Made by a program: the position numbers and the translations under genes
From: Phallusia mammillata
Lineage: Eukaryota
Direction: 5' to 3'
Length of the DNA: 64,000 nt
Assembly: GCA_965637545.1 (NCBI GenBank)
Contig: OZ281497.1
Coordinates: forward strand, 2,356,001 to 2,420,000
In this document: piece after piece, positions 36,303 to 47,637 of the stretch
Layout of the letters: each line of letters opens with the position of its first letter
Position numbering within the stretch: the first letter of the stretch is position 1
Notes under the pieces: model-generated
What the model was told of the DNA's origin: nothing
The model's database searches: none
What the model saw: only the letters and a program-made list of their open reading frames with translations

Positions 36303-36713
36303 CAGTGCTCTTTCACCTTTTTTCGTTTTGTGTAGCGTTTATAACAGATGCCCGACTGACCAAACTGATCAGCCCTGTTTTGGGCGAAACTTGTGTCTTG
36401 GACATTGGTTAGGAATTGCTAACCTTATATAGGCCTATATGTCTTGGTTTGCAGATTCAAACAGGGTTTCGGCAGTGTTGGGATTCAGCCGGTTCGCACT
36501 GGTTCTGTAGAACTGCCTTACAAAATTTTATGAGATCAGCGATTACTGGTTACTGTCAATGGTCTTTTTGTAACAGAACTGACTAAAAAATATGACTTTT
36601 GTAACAGAGCCGGCTGAAAAATATGACTTTTGTGATAGAAACGAGTGACAAAAAATTGAATGCCACCACTAGGTTTAGGTATGTAGCAAAGAAAAAGTAG
36701 TTGGGAACCACTG
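36303..36713. mobile_element. Nested hAT-type MITEs between the convergent CHST and ATP5F1D genes
   Basis: Inner element 36473-36671 (CAGTGTTGGGATTC / GAATGCCACCACTA, TSD GGTTTCGG / GGTTTAGG) lies inside an older CAGTGCTC... / ...GGAACCACTG element. Confidence 0.6.
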
Positions 36714-36909
36714 CTATAAGAGTTTGATATCACCGGAAATGAAAACATATCATAAATGAAACGAACTTCTATTCGACGCACACCAAACTGGAACAGCAAA
36801 ACAGAAAAAAGGATACTAATTTTTACAGTCTGCAAATAATCGAAGCAAAAATAGTTGTGGATTTCATGAGCTGAACCGGTAAATTAGATTTAAAATTCTG
36901 TTAGATGTT

Positions 36910-39217
36910 TCATGCTGCAAGTATTTCCTCATAAGTTTGGATTGCAACTTGTGCCTCTGCTTTTTCAATGTCAGTAGATGCAGATGACAGCTCAGATTGT
37001 GCTTTATGTAAACACGACTTTGCAAGCTAAAAAAAAAATAAGGTCGCGTTTTTAAGTATTGTACAAATTTTAGTAGTGACTTTGGTTGCCTTTTTTTAAC
37101 CCCACCTTAATGGTAACATTAGTTTACTGTCTTGTTTTCATAAATATCATCAAAAGACTAAATCCACTAATTTTTATATATGGTAAAACTGAACCCATGA
37201 CAATAAAATAACAAAGTTAAACATTGCAAGTCTTTAAAAGAAAACAGTTGTTTGTGGTACAATTTAAACTAGCAAGAAAGCCTGGGGTGTAACTTTTAGT
37301 CTTTATATAAGCTATTGCTGCCAGGCCTAATTTTAGGTTTATTCATGTTGCCTTCATCAGGGTTAATAACACTGAATGAGCATAGTACAGTGCACGATAA
37401 ACAAAGGAAAAAAGAATTAAATGCAAGCACGCCGTTATATTACAAGAATTTGTTATAAATCACCACTACAATACAAAACCTAGACATTGTAGAATTGGTC
37501 CACCCTAAGAGACTGGTATGGCACATGACTTATGCAAAAAACAGCAAAATTTATGTCTTTATAGCATTGCAACAGCTTGTTCATAGGAAGTAGCATATGG
37601 TAAATAAGCAACATAGCATGCAAGTTTTACTTAACTTACCTCCTTATCCAGAGCATCAATTGGTACAGCTTCTTCAGCGTTTATTTGAACTGTAGAGTCC
37701 TCATTAATAGCATAAGTACCGCTACTCACTGTGTACAACATAAAAAGTAACAAGATAAAAATGCCAATAAAACAGATAACACCAACAAAATATATTTGAA
37801 CTGCAATTTTTATCATATGTTTTGACAAGACAAGGACAAACAAATAATGTATGTTTACAATAAAACACCAACGCACTGACTTTAATCCATAGCTTTTGTC
37901 CTTTGGGCATTGGTAATTGGTATGAAAAACATGTGAAATATAATTTTGGTAAAGGTGTACTCCACAGGGAAGAAACACTAACAGAGTTACAGTCCTTTAA
38001 CACTGTGAAGACATACCAGATGATCCTATAGAAATTTCAGAAAGCTATGAAAACATACCGAAGTATTTGTTAACTGCTCCTTCTGATTCCATTACTGTTA
38101 GAACACCAGGTTTCAAGACACCAAATGTGGGCACATGGCTTGCCAAAATACCAATAAATCCTGTTCCAGTTGGTACATCAACTTGCTTGACTTTGGTGCT
38201 CTCTTGATAATAAGCCTATTTACATGAAATATAAAAATGTCAGGTATATAAATAATAAGTAAGCTGCAGACAGTGCACAATATTTTGACCTATAAGGTAT
38301 CATCCGTGCTTCTGGTGACAAGGCATAGGCTGTATTGTGTAGCCATTTAATGGCATGGCTTTACAGCTACTGCTCCAAACAAACTGGAGTGCTGTTAGAT
38401 GGCTACAATAGCCAATCTAGGCTATGTCTTGTCCTCAGATGCACTGATGAGACCTTACTAGTTAAAACAGTTTGCACCAACATGAAAAATACTTTCTATC
38501 TCACACTTTTTGTTGATTTCCAAGCACAACAACCATATTATTTTCATAAAACTTTGTATGTTTATTTGCCAAGCTCTTGTGGTGAAATTGAGCTAAATAT
38601 ACAATGAAACAGAGTATTTTGTCAATAAATACATGATTTAAAATTTACAATCTTCCTGCAAATAAATTTTGAGTACATGATTAGGCATAAATCAAATCTG
38701 ATTCATCTGTGTATGTTAGATTGCAGAAATGTAGATTTTTGAAACTGATGTGGCCACTTTTAGCCTGGTTGATCCAACTGGTATTTTACAAAACTATACA
38801 TAGATCTGCTCATAAGTTTAATGACATAATTTTTATCAATCATTTATGTCACTCAAGTGTATATAAACGGGTGTAACTGATATGGCCCCTCATACCACTG
38901 ATGATGCCATGAGCATTTGCCGAAACGTTTGAAAAATAAAGCATGTCACATTTTTACATATATTTGGGCCATTAAGTTCACCATTGGGCCACTATATTTT
39001 AAGTGATCACTGCATAATGCTAAACATCCAACTACAAATACAAACAGTTTATTGGTACCTCATCAGGTGCAGCGAATGTGAAAACCATCTGTCCTGGCTG
39101 CGCAACAGGAGCTGCTGCAGCTTCAGCATAATTTCGAATTAATCGGGGTTGGGCAATCATTCTTCGACATATCGAACTAGTGGATTTGGAACAAAGTCTA
39201 ATCAAAGTTGAAGCCAT
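36910..39217 (-). CDS. ATP5F1D: Mitochondrial ATP synthase F1 subunit delta, 173 aa
   Basis: Exons 39217-39059, 38215-38059, 37728-37640 and 37026-36910 are in frame (522 nt). Transit peptide, then MVFTFAAP, VKQVDVPTGTGFIGILASHVPT.GVLKPG, KYFVSSGT..INEDSTVQINAEEAVP and EKAEAQVAI. Confidence 0.95.
38885..38985 (+). mobile_element. Copy of the hammerhead-bearing short repeat in ATP5F1D intron 1 (antisense)
   Basis: CCACTGATGATGCCATGAGCATTTGCCGAAACGTTTG has an intact core, but helix II is broken by a G>C change. Confidence 0.6.
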
Positions 39218-39858
39218 ATTTGCTTTAAATCTTTGTTACTGGATCCCACCTAACAAATGAATTATGTTTTAGCTTTAAGTTTTGGTTTACTTTTGGACCG
39301 TTTTTAGGCGGCCAAAAAAGTCAATCGCTTATGAATAAATGCGAAACAAGGCAGCGTAAATGACAAAGTGGTTGTATATAATTGTAAAATAAATAAAATA
39401 CATTGCTAACACAAATACCACGTTGAATAAAACGTTTTTATAACCAGAAAACGCAATGATGTGTAAAAGTAAACCGGTGGCCGACGCACAAGTCAAGGGT
39501 AGTACTTTTACTGTGACTACAGATGATTCTTCTAATGACGTTTACTAATTTTAAACGTTATCGTTACAGCAAAATAATTATCAAAGTTGGATTTGAAATG
39601 TACTTAAAACTAAATTGTGCTCTAAATGCAGCACTTCTTGCTGTAAAATATAAGTTTAACTGAACAAACTGTACTGCTAGATGGTACGTTAATTCCATAA
39701 GGTATCGATGGTCACGAAATCCGATGAGAATACACCTTCTCTACGGCAATAGGCAGCACTATAAAAACGGTCAAATTTACTTGGCGTTTAGGAGAAAGTA
39801 TTTGCAAGTCTTAATCATTCGTTGTGTTTTATCTAAGTAACAGGATATTAAGTTCAGA

Positions 39859-40281
39859 ATGGTGCATATGAAACTTTACGTTCGACCAACTTTCGAACAA
39901 GAACATGCAACGAAACTTAGATGTTTCTACCTGATAATTGACTACGAACATGTAGCTGAAGTTTACGAGACGGTAAAAAGGGTTTTTAAAATGCATTTCC
40001 ACCATCATGCCCCTTCCAGGCCATCTGTACCCAGGGGCAGCAAGGGTGTTGTCACAATCGAATTCAAGATTTCAAACGACTGCTGGCGCATACGAGAGTG
40101 GTATGATTGGGTCAACTTGGAGTTTATGAACCAACTGGAAAATATTGGATGGAATTTGACAGTGGGAATAGATGTTTATGATTCCGAAGGCCTGATTTTC
40201 AACAAACTGAACGTGGAAAAGAAACCGGAAATGACATTAGATGAAGTATTAGGAAAAGGAAAAAAGCGCAAAAGAATATAA
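39859..40281 (+). CDS. Uncharacterised small-protein family member A1 (140 aa, basic C-terminal tail)
   Basis: Intact ORF MVHMKLYV...NLEFMNQLENIGWNLTVG...GLIF...KGKKRKRI. Many synonymous differences from A2. Confidence 0.85.
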   Translation: MVHMKLYVRPTFEQEHATKLRCFYLIIDYEHVAEVYETVKRVFKMHFHHHAPSRPSVPRGSKGVVTIEFKISNDCWRIREWYDWVNLEFMNQLENIGWNLTVGIDVYDSEGLIFNKLNVEKKPEMTLDEVLGKGKKRKRI

Positions 40282-40639
40282 AGTTGTTGCAAAATTCAAA
40301 AAAATGTATAAAGCTCTACCCAAGCATTCTTTTTCATGCATAAAAGTACTTAAAATGTTAACACATATTGTCGTTTTCCAATTGAGGCGGGCCCAAGCTA
40401 AACTACTGGGCGAATAGAGTCTTTGTTTACAGTGCGCTCAACCAGCACAATAGAAGCAGTGGAGATGGTACGTTAATTTCAAAAGGTATCGATGGTCACA
40501 AAATCCGATGAGAGTATACTTTCTTTACGGCAATAGGCAGCACTATAAATAACGGTCAAATTTACTTGGCGTTTAGGTGAAAGTATTTGCAAAACCTAAT
40601 CATTCGTTGCATTTTAAAGTACAGGATATTAAGTACAGA

Positions 40640-41062
40640 ATGGTGCATATGAAACTGTACGTTCGACCAACTTTCGAACAAGAACATGCAACGAAACTCA
40701 GATGTTTCTACCTAATAATTGACTACGAACATGTAACCGAAGTTTATGAGACGGTGAAAAAGGTTTTTAAAATGCATTTCCACCACCATGCCCCTTCTAG
40801 GCCATCTGTACCCAGGGGCAGTAAGGGTGTTGTTACAGTCGAATTCAAGATAACAAACGACAGCCGCTGGATACGAGAGTGGTATGATTGGGCCAACTTG
40901 GAGTTTATGGACCAACTGGAAAATATTGGATGGCATTTGACAATGGGAAAAGATGTTTATGATTCCGAAGGTCTGATTTTCAACAAACTGAACGTGGAAA
41001 AGAAACCGGAAATGACATTGGATGAAGTATTAAGAAAAGGAAAAAAGCGTAAAAGAATATAA
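40640..41062 (+). CDS. Uncharacterised small-protein family member A2 (140 aa)
   Basis: The ATG at 40640 aligns with the A1 start; 13 of 140 aa differ from A1. Confidence 0.85.
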   Translation: MVHMKLYVRPTFEQEHATKLRCFYLIIDYEHVTEVYETVKKVFKMHFHHHAPSRPSVPRGSKGVVTVEFKITNDSRWIREWYDWANLEFMDQLENIGWHLTMGKDVYDSEGLIFNKLNVEKKPEMTLDEVLRKGKKRKRI

Positions 41063-41656
41063 ACTTGCTGCAAAATGCCAAAAATGTGTAAAGCTGTACC
41101 CAAGCATCTTTTTTACGTTTAAATGTACTTAAAATGTTAACACATATTGTCGTTTTTCAGTTGAGGCAGGCCCAAGCTAAACTATTGGACGAACAGAGTC
41201 TTTGTTTACTGTGCGCTCGACCAGCACAATAGAGGTAGTGAATAGAAATGAAATTCAACGCTCATAACAGCTTCGGTTGGTCGTTCTGCTTGGTTGATTA
41301 CAGGTTGTCAAACCATTGCACCAAACCTATTTTTTCTGTCATAAAGGGATCTACTTTCAAACTATTTTACTGCGATCCTCGTGTAGCCTACTACAGTAGC
41401 ATATATGACATATTTATAAAGGTGTATTTTCTTTTGCGTAATCTCTTTAATCAGCTAAATTTGAAGTCAAAAAAGGTTAAAAGAAACGTACGCTTGACTT
41501 GACATGAGCACCGCTACCATATTTGGCCTGCTTTGTAAAAACTTGTATGTATGTGTGTTTGATGGTTTGTATATTTTTCTAGTACGAGTATGTTTAACAG
41601 TACCAGATAAAAAATATATGTTTTACCACATAAACTAAAACCAAGAAACTTTAATT

Positions 41657-42082
41657 ATGCCTCACTTAAAAATCTACATGACTCCAAGTAACGAAGGAAA
41701 ATCGTTCGCTTACATCAGGAAAATTTTCATTATTGTCGATTCTGAACACAAGTCAAAAGTGTACGAGCAAGTAAAAACGGTTTGCTCAACCCAATACCAC
41801 CGAACTATCCCATCTCGTCCGTCTGTGGCCAGAGGTAGCAAGGGAGTCATAGCGATTGAAGTCAAAATACCTGGCGATTTTCGCAAAATATCGGAATGGT
41901 ATCACTGGTTCAATGTGGAATTGCTGGACAGACTTGAAACAAACGGATGGGATTTGCTAATGGGGGAAAATGTTTTTGATGAAAAGGGACTGATTTTTAA
42001 AAAGGTTTTTGTTGAAAACAAACCACAACTCACATTGGATGAAGTTTTAAAGGCCGGAAGAAAACGTAAAAGAAGAATTTAA
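41657..42082 (+). CDS. Uncharacterised small-protein family member A3 (141 aa)
   Basis: MPHLKIYM...PSRPSVARGSKGVI...NVELLDRLETNGWDLLMG...GLIFKK...KAGRKRKRRI is clearly homologous to A1/A2. Confidence 0.85.
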   Translation: MPHLKIYMTPSNEGKSFAYIRKIFIIVDSEHKSKVYEQVKTVCSTQYHRTIPSRPSVARGSKGVIAIEVKIPGDFRKISEWYHWFNVELLDRLETNGWDLLMGENVFDEKGLIFKKVFVENKPQLTLDEVLKAGRKRKRRI

Positions 42083-43328
42083 ACTTTTTTTAACGCTGTG
42101 TATTCGTTAACAATGAAATTTTTGTGGAAATACATTTTTTAAGTCATGCCAGAATTTTAATGGCAGTTACAATTTTCTTAAATCGAACAATTAATTAGGA
42201 TAACACACATAGATTCAGAATTTTTTAAATATTGAAGCAAGAATTTATAGCATTTTGAGTTTATTTCGCTTGGCGAAAGGACACTAAACAATTTCAATGC
42301 ACACGTAAACCAAACAAATAATTAAGATAACAAATTGGATTTAACAGGAAACGTTAATGAGCTCTACCGGTAAAACTACCAACCGTTTTGTCTGTTTATT
42401 TTCATCCACCAACACAATAGGCTTTCGTGGGTAGAAATGGAACCTTACGCTATACTGGGTTTGTCGTTCCGCTTCAGTGGTTTTGAGTGGTGTCATAACA
42501 AAGGCTCAACTGTTGTCGGTGAAATTTAAAAAGCATTTCAGCACAGCTAACGTATAACAGCTCAGAATCAGTTTAATGCTAAGTAAACGAAATAAAAATG
42601 CAGATCTGACATATGATATTGCCTCAATTTGTAATTAAAATCTAGTTAAAGGCCCAAATGTTGTACCAGACTGTAGCTACCCCTGCAAATGATGGCCTAA
42701 TATATAAAAGCAGACTGCAGCAAAAAAAAACGAAGTAAATGATAGCAAATGACTATACGCAAAATAGCTTGTCAAGCCTAAAATCAAATACGCCAGTTTA
42801 ATTAACATTCATTGCTAAGTTGAGATGAGAGATGAGATGAGTTTATTTTGCTTGGTGAACATAGCGACACAATAGCTCTAAAACAATCACCAAGCCGAAA
42901 ATAGCTGCGCAACGTCAAAACGTTATGGAGCGCAAAACAATGATGGACACAATTGGTGGATAATATGGCTGAACGCACTGCAGCTACACTGCATTATAAG
43001 GCGTCACAGGTGACCAGGGCACTTTTAATACGTCAATGGTAAAAGTGAGTCCCTCAAGGCTATTCAAGCAACTTTACATGTAAAGTATCTTTGAATGCCG
43101 TAGTATAGGGAAAAGACATTCTAAAAAATCTCGCAGTCCTGGTGGTTATTAAATTAAACAAAGCTTTTTTGTAGTTTTCATTGCATTCAGTTTCTATTTA
43201 TATCAATCGTTTCAACTTGAAATTACTTTTGTACGCAAAAGAATTTTAGTTCTTTAACTTTAACAATCTTTACAAACTAGACAGAAACAAATTGAACGTT
43301 TTTTAAACCAAACAGACACAGTTTCGTC

Positions 43329-43745
43329 ATGGGACACATGAAAATCTTTGTGGAGCCTGGCTATGAAGAAGACCCGAGCGCCACCACTCGTACCATGCAC
43401 GTTTCAATGGACCCCGAGCACAAGTTGAAAGTCTACGAACACATTCGCACCCTATGTCGAAACTACTACAACAGGGAAATTCCCACTGACCCCTATGTAC
43501 CCAACCGTAGCGACGGGGTTATCGGGATCTTTGTTGAAATAAAAGATCACCCCAAAAAAGAGAGGGAATTTTACGAAAGGTTTAATGTTGATATTATGGA
43601 CTGTTATGAACGGGACGGTTGGAATTTAATCCGGGGCCACACCGCATTTGATCAGTATGGAATGCTGTTTAAGAGAGAGAATGACAAAAAGGACCCAAGT
43701 GCCCCGGAGGAGCAAGTTTCGACCAGTAGGAAAAGAAAGAACTAA
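43329..43745 (+). CDS. Uncharacterised small-protein family member A4 (138 aa)
   Basis: MGHMKIFV...NVDIMDCYERDGWNLIRGHTAFDQYGMLFKR...SRKRKN. Confidence 0.8.
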   Translation: MGHMKIFVEPGYEEDPSATTRTMHVSMDPEHKLKVYEHIRTLCRNYYNREIPTDPYVPNRSDGVIGIFVEIKDHPKKEREFYERFNVDIMDCYERDGWNLIRGHTAFDQYGMLFKRENDKKDPSAPEEQVSTSRKRKN

Positions 43746-43905
43746 AAGTTTAAAATCAACACGAAGCTTACTGAACATTTTTGCATGTATTGGCTTTATT
43801 TGTGCTTAAGTCTTCAAACTAATATTTCTGAAATTAATCGTTTAAACTTTTTTGATTATTTCTCATTTATTTCGTTTGTATTGCATTTTGCGTATTGTTT
43901 GTGGA

Positions 43906-44157
43906 ATGGTTAATACAATCACGTAACCTATATCACGAACACTCTTAGTTTGGAAACTTTTTGCCAACCACAAACCTCAAGCTAATATGACAAGGTTTAA
44001 GAAAGGTGCCTATATTGTGAACGAAAAGTCGTTAAATGTTATCACCTTTGTTGTAATTTGGGGCAATATGTTAAAAAAACATTGAAAGTCAGGCCAGGGT
44101 TTTGTTTAAAGTGGATGCAAGGCTTTCCATGCGGATGAAATGCTTTTAAAAAAATGA
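43906..44157 (+). pseudogene. Possible highly decayed small-family remnant
   Basis: 44095-44157 translates to QGFV*SGCKAFHADEMLLKK*, resembling the family C-terminal motif. A weak MVNTIT* start lies at 43906. Confidence 0.3.
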
Positions 44158-44994
44158 AAACGTTTTTTTCAAAAACAAGGCCGAACAACAATAGTCATGA
44201 CTCATGACATAAAGGAAAATAGTAGAATCCGACTATGGCCATCTTCTATTCCGTTTACAGTGTCTTTGGTCACTTTGGTGATTAGGCGTGTTTCTATTGG
44301 AGCTTGAGTAACTCTAAACGCTTTTATGCATAGTCATTTTTTGCGGCACATTTTTATTGTATTTGAACATTATCTTTTGCATTTTCTTTTTGATGTATTT
44401 TATGGCGTGCGAAGGTTTAATCCAATTCCCAAGTAAGCTTCCAACCTGTATTTATTACTTACTTGTGTTGTTAATTACATTTTGGTACCCAAGTAAATGT
44501 GCCTGATGTTTGAAATAGAAAAGCATTATGAAAAGGCATATTCTCCACAATTGTATTTTTGCTGACAAAAGTCAAATTATCTGCTTGCATACCACACTTA
44601 AATTTATTTACACGCCTTTTGTCACGTTAATTATTGGCAATATTTACTGGTACAATCGCTAATCAGTCAGTTATAGTTTGAAATCAGCTATAAGCCAATT
44701 AAAGCGTTAAAGATATCAACTGGCATAACTATTTGGAAAAGGTTCATTGTACCAAACATAATTAAACTAGTTAATTTGTTCCAACCCATAGTTTTGAACA
44801 GTAATAAATTTGTTTTTGTACCAGTTGTGATTTTTTGTTTCGCATTTATATATACTATATTGCAAGGGGGGTGTTAAAAAAAGATGTTTTTCATTCAAAA
44901 AGTAATTTACGAAACAAAAAGTTTCTTCAACAAGTTTTTTTTAAGCTAAAACGTTTATAATTTGCGTTTTACAGCAAAGAAAAGACAGAACGCA

Positions 44995-45848
44995 ATGGTT
45001 TATTTTAAAATCTGCGCAGCAGAAAGTGGTAGGAAAACGCAGTTAAAAGCATTAGTCCCGATCCAGTTTGCTGAGGACTTACTTGAGTAAAGTTTTTCTC
45101 GGAGACTTTTCAAAGATATTCTTTCAGATTCACGACCAAAATGGTGGTGATACGTTTCGATATGACTACAAGTCAAACGGCAGGCTGGAATCTGGTTAAA
45201 GCAGTGGTGTTCAACCTTTTTTATGGGCGACCCCAATTTAAAAGAAAATTAAAACAGCGACCCCATTTTTTTCGATAGGGAGAAAAATATTTTAAGTAAT
45301 GACGAAACTGAAACTATATTCATGTAAATATACCCGCTTAATTTTCAAGTAGACTTTAAATATTAGCATTCAGAGTGCATTATTACGCTGAAATGTTGGA
45401 ACCCAAAAGTTTTATTTCATTTTGCCAATCTAATTCGTGTTAACCTCACTAGTTTGCAGAAATCAACAAATTTCTGTATTTTTACCTGTACCCGCTGTAT
45501 TATTTCGGACACAATATGTCATTCATAGGGCTGTGTCGCGTAACAATGGGTTGGACAACTTGTGTTGTATATGAATTATTGCATCACAATGATTAGATTG
45601 TGACACGAGTTACCAAGCTGTACTGCAAAACATGTTCAAAGGTTGCAAACTAGAACAAAAACGTATCATTTTCGGTAATAATTTAAACGCCAATAAATTG
45701 AATTTAAAGCGACCCCAGAAAAGGTTTAGGCGACCCCACTTGGGGTCGCGACCCACAGGTTGAAGACCACTGGATTAAAGAAAGTGACGCTTGGAACAAC
45801 ACTGGAATGCTGTTCAAGAAAAGCTCAAGTTATAAAATTTATTGTTAG
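44995..45848 (+). pseudogene. Small-family D-type pseudogene (D0) interrupted by a hAT MITE
   Basis: Starts MVYFKICAAESGRKTQLKALVP, with internal stops and a frameshift. Removing the MITE and one TSD restores GWNLVK/ESDAWNNTGMLFKK in frame. Confidence 0.75.
45202..45772. mobile_element. hAT-type MITE (571 bp)
   Basis: TIRs CAGTGGTGTTCAACC / GGTTGAAGACCACTG with TSD GGTTAAAG / GATTAAAG. Confidence 0.9.
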
Positions 45849-46159
45849 GTGCCAAACAAAAAACATATCGTCTTCTTGTATTTCGATAAAATCGTATTTT
45901 TTTGTATTTTAAGTCCTATTACGTGCAATGTAATAAAACCACATTTTTGTTTTATTAAGCCTTGGAAGGTTCTGCTGCAAGTACTTTTACCTGAATTATG
46001 GGTTTAGATTTGTCGAAAAGCTCCTATATGTTTAAAAATCCTTTGCTATCTTCCACTGAGGTCATTAACCAATTGGATTAAATATGAAAGCACCTAAAAT
46101 CCATGTGGTAATCGATTCAAACATTCATGTTATGTAAGTGCATAATAGCCACTAGATAA

Positions 46160-46230
46160 GTCGCGGACAAGGGAAACTTCCAGCAAAACTAAAATCTCGC
46201 CGTAAGTTTGTCACGTGATTTATAAAATGC
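46160..46230 (+). promoter_or_regulatory. kB-like + GTCACGTGA module, copy 1 (upstream of B1)
   Basis: GGGAAACTTCC at 46171, GTCACGTGA at 46210, then TATAAAA. Confidence 0.5.
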
Positions 46231-46282
46231 TTGACGCCAATCTTTTCGTAAATGAGGACTTATGCTCATTGCGTGTATGGGG

Positions 46283-46651
46283 CAGTGGCGTAGCCAGGAA
46301 GGGGCCAACGGGGCCATGGCCCCTTCTAAATTTTCAAAGTTGTGTATTAAGAAACTTTAATTTAGTGTAGTTTTGTCCCTTATCATTGTGGTTTCGTCTT
46401 TCAACTATCAAAGGAATATATTAAAAAAAACAAAAAAAAACTGTTGTCACCAAGTTGTAAGCTGATATCCATGCTTTTTATGGTGATGTAGACATGGAAT
46501 GAATCAATAAAGCGTTTGGCTGTCCCTTCGAACCAAAGTTGGCAAGTCACGTGTTTAGTAAAAGCACGCCTTACGCCGAGCATTAACAAAAAGTTGTATT
46601 AGACAGCAAACTATTTGGCTCTCCCAAAATTTTCGTCTGCCTACGCCACTG
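46283..46651. mobile_element. MITE with CAGTGGCGTAG TIRs (8-bp TSD, hAT- or P-like)
   Basis: CAGTGGCGTAG / CTACGCCACTG with a perfect TSD GTATGGGG. Confidence 0.9.
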
Positions 46652-47322
46652 GTATGGGGCAAAAAAACAAAACAAAAATATAAAGTCTTATATTTAATCC
46701 GAATAAACTATACATTATTTACTCCTGTAAGTTTTTGTTTCCGCTAACGAGAGCAACGATGATTTTTGTAAATATGCGATTAAACTAGCTACTTGTTTGT
46801 AGAGCGTAGCAGAACAGGAAATAAAATTCATTCAGATAAATGATTATCAAAAGTCATTTTAAAGGTGTTCTATTTCAAAAAGTCGTTGATAAAATAGCTA
46901 GTTAAACTTGCTTATACCCAGAATTAGCATACAAGACAATGTCAGTTTTTTAATTATGTTTCTGCAAGTTTTCAAATTGCATGACAAAACTTACATCATG
47001 ACAGTTTACTTTCCAAATTTACTCTTCCAGGCAAGCGTGTGCGTAGATCTAGTCACAGAATCCGGAAGTACGTGTGAAGGCATTGGACCGCTATCGCCTT
47101 ATGTTACTTGATTCAGTTTGTATTTCAGCAACATAATAAAATAAAACAGTAAAAGAGGAACAGAAAATAAAAGAAAGAAAAAAACCATGAGAAAATTATG
47201 TGAACGAAACCGTTTTATTTAACGGTATAGCGCAAACGAAAAACGACCAACAAGTACTTTACTATTCTGAACTCTTTTTACAGTATTTATATTATGGAAC
47301 GAAATTGTGCCTCAGTTTAAAC

Positions 47323-47637
47323 ATGGCTTACGTGAAAATCAATTTGGAACGGTTAGACTTCGTGGAACAGGATATGCTGTCCGTTATATTTCCAGAAGGT
47401 TTAAACAAATTTGTAAACGATGAGTTAACAAGGGGATTGGGGTTTCGCACATTACCTTCTGGTTCAGCCCTTAGTGGAATTCAGAAAGTTTCATTTGAAG
47501 TTTTCTCAAACAACGACCCGTTATACCAAATGGCAAATCTTCAAATCATCAACAAAATGGCTGAGCAAGGATTTAGACCTATAGATGGATTTAACGCATT
47601 CAGTAAAAATGGAATCTTGTTTGAACGAAGGCAATAA
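47323..47637 (+). CDS. Uncharacterised small-protein family member B1 (104 aa)
   Basis: MAYVKINL...ANLQIINKMAEQGFRPIDGFNAFSKNGILFERRQ. A splice acceptor lies about 40 nt upstream of the ATG, as in the other B copies. Confidence 0.85.
   Translation: MAYVKINLERLDFVEQDMLSVIFPEGLNKFVNDELTRGLGFRTLPSGSALSGIQKVSFEVFSNNDPLYQMANLQIINKMAEQGFRPIDGFNAFSKNGILFERRQ

Larger units (their letters stand above)
39679..41240 (+). repeat. Tandem duplication of a ~780-bp gene unit (39679-40462 / 40463-41240)
   Basis: Both units start AGATGGTACGTTAATT, carry a TATA box (39760, 40544), one ORF and the same 3' flank ending CCAGCACAATAGA. Confidence 0.9.

Noticed and set aside
39859-43745. SL-trans-spliced polycistronic operon
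   Set aside because: The genes are co-oriented, but A1 and A2 each carry their own duplicated TATA-containing upstream region and the spacers are 0.36-1.2 kb. It cannot be excluded without 5'-end data.
47200-47322. N-terminal extensions in the ORF track for B1, B2, B4, C and A2
   Set aside because: The extensions run through polypyrimidine tracts and conserved acceptors. Paralog alignment places the starts at the Mx[HY]xK methionine.
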